Source: an uncultured Bacteroides sp.
Lineage (GTDB): Bacteria > Bacteroidota > Bacteroidia > Bacteroidales > Bacteroidaceae
Assembly: GCA_949289295.1 (NCBI GenBank)
Contig: CASENM010000040.1
Location: forward strand, 3,055-67,054
Reading direction: 5' to 3'
Length of the DNA: 64,000 nucleotides
Shown here: piece by piece, positions 57,162 to 64,000 of the stretch
Layout of the letters: every line of letters begins with the position of its first letter
Position numbering within the stretch: the stretch's first letter is position 1
Made by a program: the position numbers and the translations under genes
Notes under the pieces: generated by a model
What the model was told of the DNA's origin: nothing
Database searches by the model: none
Seen by the model: only the letters and a program-made list of their open reading frames with translations

Positions 57162-57223
57162 AAAACACTTCGGTGTTTTGACCGGAACGCTTCGACGTTT
57201 CAGCCAAAACGCCGAAGCGTTTT
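57162..57223. repeat. Triple-hairpin 22-bp-period intergenic element
   Basis: AAAACACTTCGGTGTTTT gacc GGAACGCTTCGACGTTTC agcc AAAACGCCGAAGCGTTTT, then a partial 4th unit at 57228. Confidence 0.9.
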
Positions 57224-57414
57224 CATGAAAACGGCCTCTGGCGGAAAATGTTCAGTCCGTGTAGCAGAATGGAGGGGCCGTCGAGTGCGTTTTCAGGAAA
57301 ATGTGGGCGGATAAAAAAGTATTTCGGCAAAACAGAGCTGTAAAAATGTGCGTTTTTGTTGTTTTTTCTTTATTTTTGCGAACAAAATAATAAAAACCAT
57401 TTTTAATCATCAAT

Positions 57415-58764
57415 ATGGCAAATATCATTAAATTGCGTAAAGGTCTTGACATTAACCTGAAAGGCAAGGCCGCCCCTACGATGATGGATGTGAAAGAGCC
57501 GGGATTCTATGCGTTGTGTCCCGACGATTTTACCGGTGTCACTCCGAAGGTGGTGGTGAAGGAACAGGAGTATGTGCTGGCCGGAGGACCCTTGTTTGTA
57601 GACAAGAACCATCCTGAAGTGAAATTTGTGTCGCCCGTCAGCGGTGTGGTGACCAGCGTGGAACGCGGTGCCCGCCGTAAAGTGATGAGCATTACCGTGC
57701 AGGCTGCTTCCGAACAGGACTTGGAGGCGTTCGGACGGAAATCTGTCGCATCCATGGACGGACAGGCGGTGAAGGAACATCTGATGAAGGCGGGGCTGTT
57801 CGCGTTCATCCGCCAACGTCCGTATGACGTGGTGGCTGACCCGACTGTGAATCCGAGAGCCATTTTCGTCTCGGCGTTCGACAGCAGTCCGCTGGCTCCT
57901 GACTTTGAGTATGTGCTGAAAGGGCAGGAATCTGATTTCCAGACCGGATTGAGCGCGTTGGCCAAGATGGCGGAAACCTATCTGAGCATCAGCGCAAACC
58001 AGAGGATGCCCGAACTCACACAGGCTAAAGATGTGACGGTAACCGTATTCGACGGTCCGCATCCTGCCGGCAATGTGGGCGTGCAGATCAATCACATTGC
58101 TCCCGTAAACAAGGGTGAGACAGTGTGGACAGTTGATCCGCAGACTGTGATTGCTATCGGACGGCTGATGAACACGGGATATGTGGATTTGACCCGGGTG
58201 GTAGCTCTAACCGGCTCGGAAGTTCTGAAGCCGGCCTATTGCAAACTGAAGGTGGGAGCGATGCTGACCGGCGTGTTTGCAGGAAACGTTTCAAAGGGTA
58301 AGGAACTCCGTTACATCAGCGGCAACGTGCTGACGGGCAAGAAGATTCCGGCCAACGGCTTCTTGGGCGCTTTCCACAGCCAGCTGACTGTGATTCCGGA
58401 AGGGAATGACGTACACGAAATGCTGGGATGGATTATGCCGCGTACCAATGACTTCAGCGTGAGCCATTCTTATTTCAGCTGGCTGACGGGAAAGAAGGAG
58501 TATGTGCTCGACGCACGTGTGAAGGGCGGCGAACGGCACATGATTATGTCGGAAGAATACGACCGCGTGTTCCCGATGGATATTTTGCCTGAATACCTTA
58601 TCAAAGCAATCATCGCGGGCGACATCGACCGTATGGAAGCGTTGGGCATCTACGAGGTGGCACCGGAAGATTTCGCCTTGTGCGAGTTCGTCTGCTCGTC
58701 GAAGATGGAGCTGCAGCGCATTGTCCGTGAAGGACTCGACATGCTCCGTAAGGAAATGTGCTAA
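57415..58764 (+). CDS. nqrA: Na+-translocating NADH:quinone reductase subunit A
   Basis: IKLRKGLDINLKG, FVSPVSG, GPHPAGNVG, SGNVLTG, EVAPEDFALCEFVC; promoter TATTTTTG at 57371-57378. Confidence 0.96.
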   Translation: MANIIKLRKGLDINLKGKAAPTMMDVKEPGFYALCPDDFTGVTPKVVVKEQEYVLAGGPLFVDKNHPEVKFVSPVSGVVTSVERGARRKVMSITVQAASEQDLEAFGRKSVASMDGQAVKEHLMKAGLFAFIRQRPYDVVADPTVNPRAIFVSAFDSSPLAPDFEYVLKGQESDFQTGLSALAKMAETYLSISANQRMPELTQAKDVTVTVFDGPHPAGNVGVQINHIAPVNKGETVWTVDPQTVIAIGRLMNTGYVDLTRVVALTGSEVLKPAYCKLKVGAMLTGVFAGNVSKGKELRYISGNVLTGKKIPANGFLGAFHSQLTVIPEGNDVHEMLGWIMPRTNDFSVSHSYFSWLTGKKEYVLDARVKGGERHMIMSEEYDRVFPMDILPEYLIKAIIAGDIDRMEALGIYEVAPEDFALCEFVCSSKMELQRIVREGLDMLRKEMC

Positions 58765-58788
58765 TGTAAAATTAAAATTGATTATAGA

Positions 58789-59952
58789 ATGAATGCATTA
58801 AGAAATTATCTTGACAAGATAAAGCCGAACTTCGAGGAGGGAGGCAAATATCATGCTTTCCGTTCCGTATTCGACGGATTTGAGACGTTTCTGTTCGTGC
58901 CGAATACGACTTCGAAAACGGGTACGCATATCCACGATGCGATTGACAGCAAGCGTATCATGTCGTTCGTGGTGATTGCGCTTATGCCGGCCCTGCTGTT
59001 CGGTATGTATAATGTAGGCTATCAGCATTTCCATGCTACAGGCACTGAAGGCGGATTCTGGGAAATGTTTTTCTACGGTTTCCTGGCCGTATTGCCCAAA
59101 ATCATCGTTTCGTATGTGGTGGGTCTGGGCATCGAGTTCATTGTAGCCCAGTGGAAGAAAGAAGAAATCCAGGAAGGTTTCTTGGTTTCCGGTATGCTGA
59201 TTCCGATGATTGTGCCGGTTGACTGTCCGTTGTGGATGCTGGCCATTGCGGTGGCTTTTTCCGTGGTGTTCGCGAAGGAAGTGTTCGGCGGAACGGGTAT
59301 GAACATTTTTAACCCGGCACTGGTGACCCGTGCTTTCCTGTTCTTCGCCTATCCGGCCAGCATGTCGGGCGACCGGGTATGGGTGTCGGGCGACAGCATT
59401 TTCGGATTGGGTACGTCGGTCGACGGACTGACTGCTGCCACTCCGCTGGGTATCGCCAAGACCGTTGAATGTCCGCCGTTCTCATGGGATATGGTGACCG
59501 GACTTATTCCGGGTTCTATCGGCGAGACCAGTGTGATTGCCATCGCCATCGGTGCGGTGATTCTGCTTTGGAGCGGTGTGGCAAGCTGGAAGACCATGCT
59601 GTCGGTGTTCGTCGGCGGCGCGCTGATGGGAATGATTTTCAATGCGTGGGGACCGGATACGGGCATTGCCCGAATGCCTTGGTATGAACATCTGTGTCTG
59701 GGCGGATTCTGCTTCGGCGCCGTGTTTATGGCCACTGACCCTGTCACTTCCTCACGTACGGAGAACGGCAAGTTTGTCTACGGCTTCCTTATCGGTGCCA
59801 TGGCAATCATCATCCGTGTGCTCAACCCGGGTTATCCTGAAGGCATGATGATGGCTATCCTGCTGATGAACATTTTCGCTCCGCTCATCGACTATGTGAT
59901 TGTGGAACGCAATATCTCCCGTCGTGCCAAACGTGCTATGTCTAACAACTAA
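58789..59952 (+). CDS. nqrB: NQR subunit B
   Basis: HIHDAIDSKRIM, KEVFGGTG, ATPL (FMN Thr), GSIGETS, FMATDPVTS. Confidence 0.96.
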   Translation: MNALRNYLDKIKPNFEEGGKYHAFRSVFDGFETFLFVPNTTSKTGTHIHDAIDSKRIMSFVVIALMPALLFGMYNVGYQHFHATGTEGGFWEMFFYGFLAVLPKIIVSYVVGLGIEFIVAQWKKEEIQEGFLVSGMLIPMIVPVDCPLWMLAIAVAFSVVFAKEVFGGTGMNIFNPALVTRAFLFFAYPASMSGDRVWVSGDSIFGLGTSVDGLTAATPLGIAKTVECPPFSWDMVTGLIPGSIGETSVIAIAIGAVILLWSGVASWKTMLSVFVGGALMGMIFNAWGPDTGIARMPWYEHLCLGGFCFGAVFMATDPVTSSRTENGKFVYGFLIGAMAIIIRVLNPGYPEGMMMAILLMNIFAPLIDYVIVERNISRRAKRAMSNN

Positions 59953-59964
59953 AACCGAAATACG

Positions 59965-60645
59965 ATGAATACAAACAGTAATTCTTATACCATCATTTAT
60001 GCTTCGGTACTGGTGGTTATCGTAGCATTCCTGCTGGCTTTCGTCAACTCTTCGCTGCGCGATCTGCAGGGCAAGAATGTGGAGCTTGACACCAAGAACC
60101 AGATTCTTTCGGCACTGAATATCCGCACTGCGACCGATGTGGAGGCGGAATTTGCCAAAGTGGTGAAGGAAGACCGGATTGTAGCCGAAGACGGCACGCT
60201 GACTCCCTATGAGGGGAAATTCGTGACCGGCTATGAAAAGGAGTTCAAGGAAAACGGCCGCGCCCACGTGTTCGTATGTGAGGTGGACGGTCAGACCAAA
60301 TATGTGATTCCGGTGTACGGAGCCGGTCTGTGGGGAGCCATCTGGGGATATGTCGCTCTCAATGAGGACAAAAACACCGTGTATGGCACTTATTTCTCCC
60401 ACGCTTCGGAAACTCCGGGTCTGGGTGCGGAAATCGCGGGCGAACACTTCCAGAACGAATTCAAAGACAAACACGTGATGGACGGTGAAAACGTGGGCCT
60501 GAGCGTGGTAAAATTCGGGAAAGTGGAGAATCCTGATTGTCAGGTGGACGGAATTTCCGGTGGTACTATCACATCCAACGGTGTGGATGCCATGCTGAAG
60601 AGCTGCCTGGTGCATTACACAAAATTTCTAACTTCAAAAAACTAA
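59965..60645 (+). CDS. nqrC: NQR subunit C
   Basis: YTIIYA TM, GAGLWGAIWG, SETPGLG, VDGISGGTITS (FMN Thr). Confidence 0.96.
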   Translation: MNTNSNSYTIIYASVLVVIVAFLLAFVNSSLRDLQGKNVELDTKNQILSALNIRTATDVEAEFAKVVKEDRIVAEDGTLTPYEGKFVTGYEKEFKENGRAHVFVCEVDGQTKYVIPVYGAGLWGAIWGYVALNEDKNTVYGTYFSHASETPGLGAEIAGEHFQNEFKDKHVMDGENVGLSVVKFGKVENPDCQVDGISGGTITSNGVDAMLKSCLVHYTKFLTSKN

Positions 60646-60660
60646 GAGGAGGAGACGACA

Positions 60661-61299
60661 ATGGGAAATTTATTTTCAGCTAAGAACAAAGAAGTGTTTT
60701 CTGCTCCGATCAGCATGAACAATCCGGTGACGGTGCAGGTGCTGGGTATCTGTTCGGCACTGGCAGTAACGTCCAAACTGGAGCCGGCCATCGTGATGGG
60801 ACTGTCGGTGACCATCATTACGGCGTTTTCGAACGTGGTGATTTCGCTGATCCGCAAAACCATTCCGAACCGTATCCGTATCATCGTGCAGCTGGTGGTG
60901 GTGGCCGCTCTGGTGACCATTGTGAGCGAGCTGCTGAAAGCGTTCGCCTACGATGTGAGCGTGCAGCTTTCGGTGTACGTGGGTCTGATTATCACCAACT
61001 GTATCCTGATGGGGCGTCTTGAGGCGTTTGCGATGAGCAACGGACCGTGGGAATCTTGTCTGGACGGTATCGGAAACGGACTGGGTTATGCCAAGATTCT
61101 GGTGATAGTGGCATTCATCCGCGAGTTGTTGGGCTCCGGTACTCTGTTGGGCTTCAATATATTGAATTATGATGCAGTGAAGGAAGCGGGCTATGTGAAC
61201 AACGGCCTGATGCTGATGCCTCCGATGGCCTTGATTATCGTGGCATGTCTGATCTGGTATCAGCGTGCAAAGCACAAAGAACTGCAGGAAAATGATTAA
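60661..61299 (+). CDS. nqrD: NQR subunit D
   Basis: [33 protein letters not shown]. Confidence 0.96.
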   Translation: MGNLFSAKNKEVFSAPISMNNPVTVQVLGICSALAVTSKLEPAIVMGLSVTIITAFSNVVISLIRKTIPNRIRIIVQLVVVAALVTIVSELLKAFAYDVSVQLSVYVGLIITNCILMGRLEAFAMSNGPWESCLDGIGNGLGYAKILVIVAFIRELLGSGTLLGFNILNYDAVKEAGYVNNGLMLMPPMALIIVACLIWYQRAKHKELQEND

Positions 61300-61319
61300 C
61301 ATTTAATCAAGAAGGAATT

Positions 61320-61943
61320 ATGGAACATTTTTTTAGCTTATTGGTCCGTTCTATATTTGTGGACAACATGATCTTCGCTTTCTTCCTGGGTATGTGTTCG
61401 TATCTGGCCGTTTCGAAGAACGTGAAGACTGCCGTCGGTCTGGGTATCGCCGTCACTTTCGTGCTGGTGGTGACACTGCCGGTGAACTATCTGCTGCAGA
61501 CGAAAGTATTGTCTGCCGACGGTATTCTGGGCATTGACCTCAGCTTTCTGAGCTTCATTCTCTTTATTGCCGTTATCGCGGCCATCACCCAGCTGGTGGA
61601 AATGGTGGTGGAACGCTTCAGCCCGTCGCTCTATGCGTCGCTGGGTATCTTCCTGCCGCTGATTGCCGTGAACTGTGCCATCATGGGTGCCTCGCTGTTC
61701 ATGCAGCAGCGGATCAACCTGACCCCCTCAGACCCGAAATTCATCGGTGATGTGTGGGATTCCATTTCTTATGCGCTGGGTTCCGGTCTGGGCTGGATGC
61801 TTTCTATCGTGGGTCTGGCTGCCGTGCGTGAGAAGATGGCCTATTCCAACGTGCCCGCGCCGCTGAAAGGTCTGGGCATCACATTCATTACGGTAGGTCT
61901 GATGGCGATGGCTTTCATGTGTTTCTCAGGTTTGGACATTTAA
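61320..61943 (+). CDS. nqrE: NQR subunit E
   Basis: [37 protein letters not shown]. Confidence 0.96.
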   Translation: MEHFFSLLVRSIFVDNMIFAFFLGMCSYLAVSKNVKTAVGLGIAVTFVLVVTLPVNYLLQTKVLSADGILGIDLSFLSFILFIAVIAAITQLVEMVVERFSPSLYASLGIFLPLIAVNCAIMGASLFMQQRINLTPSDPKFIGDVWDSISYALGSGLGWMLSIVGLAAVREKMAYSNVPAPLKGLGITFITVGLMAMAFMCFSGLDI

Positions 61944-61961
61944 CGGGAAAGGAGCAAGACT

Positions 61962-63230
61962 ATGGATATTAATTTTATATTGGCAAGCATCGGGGTGTTT
62001 CTGGTGACCATTCTGGTGCTGGTAGTGATTTTGTTGGTGGCCAAGAACTTTCTGGTGGCTTCCGGAAAGGTGAAACTGACCCTCAACGGTGACAAGGTGA
62101 TGGAAGTGGAGTCGGGCTCCACGCTGCTCAACACACTGGCGGTGAACAACGTGTTCTTGTCGTCAGCCTGCGGCGGAAAGGGCTCCTGCGGGCAGTGCAA
62201 GTGTCAGGTGCTCGAAGGGGGAGGTGAGATTCTTCCTTCCGAGGTAGGACACTTCAGCCGCAAGCAGCAGAAAGACCACTGGCGTCTGGGCTGCCAGGTG
62301 AAGGTGAAGGGCGACATGTCCATCAAGGTGGCAGAATCAGTGTTGGGTGTGAAGGAGTACGAATGTACTGTAATCTCCAACAAGAATGTGGCTACATTCA
62401 TCAAGGAATTCAAGGTGCAGCTCCCGGCCGGTGCCCACATGGACTTCATTCCGGGTTCGTATGCACAGATTAAGATTCCGACATTCACGATGGATTACGA
62501 CAAGGATATCGACAAGTCTCTTATCGGTGACGAATATCTGCCGGCTTGGAAGAAGTTCAACATGTTCTCGTTGAAGTGCGTGAATCCGGAACCGACCATC
62601 CGTGCCTATTCTATGGCCAACTATCCGGCCGAAGGCGACGTGTTCATGCTGACCGTGCGTATCGCCACTCCGCCGTTCAAGCCCGACCGCAGCGGATTCA
62701 TGGATGTCAATCCGGGTATCGCTTCTTCCTATATCTTTACCCTGAAACCGGGCGACAAGGTGCTGATGAGCGGTCCTTACGGCGACTTCCATCCGATATT
62801 CGACTCGAAGAAAGAGATGATTTGGGTAGGTGGCGGTGCCGGTATGGCTCCGTTGCGCGCGCAGATTATGCACATGACCCGTACGCTGAACACGCATGAC
62901 CGTGAGATGCATTATTTCTACGGCGCGCGTGCACTGAATGAGGTGTTCTATCTGCAGGATTTCCTGCAGCTGGAAAAGGATTTCTCGAATTTCCATTTCC
63001 ATCTGGCTCTTGACCGTCCGGATCCTGCGGCCGATGCGGCAGGCGTGAAATATACGCCGGGATTCGTGCATCAGGTAATGTACGAGACTTACCTGAAGAA
63101 TCATGAAGCTCCGGAGGACATTGAATATTATATGTGCGGACCGGGCCCGATGTCGAACGCCGTAGTCAAGATGCTCGACAGTCTGGGTGTGGAGAGCGAA
63201 TCAATCATGTATGATAACTTCGGGGGATAA
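61962..63230 (+). CDS. nqrF: NQR subunit F
   Basis: 2Fe-2S CGGKGSCGQC...C, RAYSMAN, GPYG, GGGAGMAP, YMCGP, DNFGG. Confidence 0.97.
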   Translation: MDINFILASIGVFLVTILVLVVILLVAKNFLVASGKVKLTLNGDKVMEVESGSTLLNTLAVNNVFLSSACGGKGSCGQCKCQVLEGGGEILPSEVGHFSRKQQKDHWRLGCQVKVKGDMSIKVAESVLGVKEYECTVISNKNVATFIKEFKVQLPAGAHMDFIPGSYAQIKIPTFTMDYDKDIDKSLIGDEYLPAWKKFNMFSLKCVNPEPTIRAYSMANYPAEGDVFMLTVRIATPPFKPDRSGFMDVNPGIASSYIFTLKPGDKVLMSGPYGDFHPIFDSKKEMIWVGGGAGMAPLRAQIMHMTRTLNTHDREMHYFYGARALNEVFYLQDFLQLEKDFSNFHFHLALDRPDPAADAAGVKYTPGFVHQVMYETYLKNHEAPEDIEYYMCGPGPMSNAVVKMLDSLGVESESIMYDNFGG

Positions 63231-63263
63231 ACCTGTCAGGAACTGACAATTGTTTTTTTGGAA

Positions 63264-63341
63264 AGGCGAGGTTGTGTCTGAATCGGATCGGCTTATCATT
63301 TCTTTTTGGTAGTTGGTTTTCATTTCGGCGCAGCCTCGTCT
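63264..63341. repeat. 15-bp imperfect inverted repeat after nqrF (terminator or MITE relic)
   Basis: AGGCGAGGTTGTGTC (63264-63278) / GGCGCAGCCTCGTCT (63327-63341); all mismatches are G-U compatible. Confidence 0.5.
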
Positions 63342-63472
63342 TGTGTTTGTTCCTTTCCCTTCTCTATGCGGCTGATTTTTCTTTTTGTTTATAATTTTTT
63401 TGCAGGGAAATCCTGTCTGTTTTCATGAAATACCTTTAATTTCGCATGGTTTACTAACTAACTTTTGTGGAT

Positions 63473-64000
63473 ATGTTACTGAAAAAACTCAGGCAAATAT
63501 TGGCCGCCGTCTGTTTCGTTTCTGTCACGCTCTTGTTTCTGGACTTTACAGGTACGATTCATCACTGGCTGGGCTGGTTGGCCAAAACCCAGTTCTTGCC
63601 GGCTTTGCTGGCCTTGAATGCCGGAATCATTGTTTTTCTTGTGTTGCTCACACTGGTGTCCGGGCGTCTCTATTGTTCGGTCATCTGTCCGTTGGGCGTA
63701 TTCCAGGACGTGGCGGCACGTTTCGGACGGCGCAAGAAGAAACTTCCCTATACACCTTCGAAACCGATGGACTGGCTTCGCTACGGCGTGCTGGCAGTGT
63801 TTGTGGTGCTTGCGCTTTTCTTTCATGCGGCGGCCTGGCTTGATCCGTATGCAATATACGGGCGTGCGGCTCACGGTCTGCTTCAGCCTGTATGGATGTG
63901 GGGAAACAATGTGCTTGCTTATTTTTCGGAGAGAATGGACAGCTATGCATTCTATTCCGTGGATGTATGGATGAAGAGTGCGGCGGTGTTCGGCGTGTCG
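63473..64000 (+). CDS. Membrane 4Fe-4S binding protein (NapH/ferredoxin-like), runs off window end
   Basis: Manual translation MLLKKLRQILAAV...LFLDFTG...GRLYCSVICPLGVFQD...LDPY; absent from the ORF track because truncated. Confidence 0.85.
   Translation, partial: MLLKKLRQILAAVCFVSVTLLFLDFTGTIHHWLGWLAKTQFLPALLALNAGIIVFLVLLTLVSGRLYCSVICPLGVFQDVAARFGRRKKKLPYTPSKPMDWLRYGVLAVFVVLALFFHAAAWLDPYAIYGRAAHGLLQPVWMWGNNVLAYFSERMDSYAFYSVDVWMKSAAVFGVS

Noticed and set aside
1-64000. tRNA/rRNA genes, prophage, integrase or transposase ORFs
   Set aside because: None recognisable in the window

Overview
Chromosomal window from a Bacteroidaceae (Bacteroides/Phocaeicola-like) genome, judged from the protein families and the recurrent TAnnTTTG promoter elements. 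It is mostly housekeeping: ftsK (partial), rlmI, rpiB-tkt, trkH, ugd, two DEAD-box helicases, serB, htpG, clpC, gyrA, trpBEGDCFA with a WW leader-peptide attenuator, serC-serA-DUF1015, yigZ, an L,D-transpeptidase, crcB and nqrABCDEF. There are two accessory inserts. (i) An AT-rich two-gene membrane-protein cassette (32.5-34.0 kb); the second gene resembles the putative phage abortive-infection (putAbiC-like) family. (ii) A complete, intact-looking type I-B-like CRISPR-Cas locus with rearranged order cas6-cas5-cas3-cas8-cas7-cas4-cas1-cas2, followed by a 74-repeat/73-spacer array (29-nt repeat CTTTTAATCGTACCATTTGGAATTGAAAC). The array holds a triplicated spacer with ragged 3' ends, a foreign-looking internal repeat and an iteron-like newest spacer. 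The most striking unexplained non-coding signal is a dispersed intergenic element of three 18-bp hairpins at exact 22-bp spacing (C-TTCG-G loops, compensatory changes), present four times. Several MITE/REP-like inverted repeats also occur. All calls come from reading the sequence and recalling family motifs; no database search was run.
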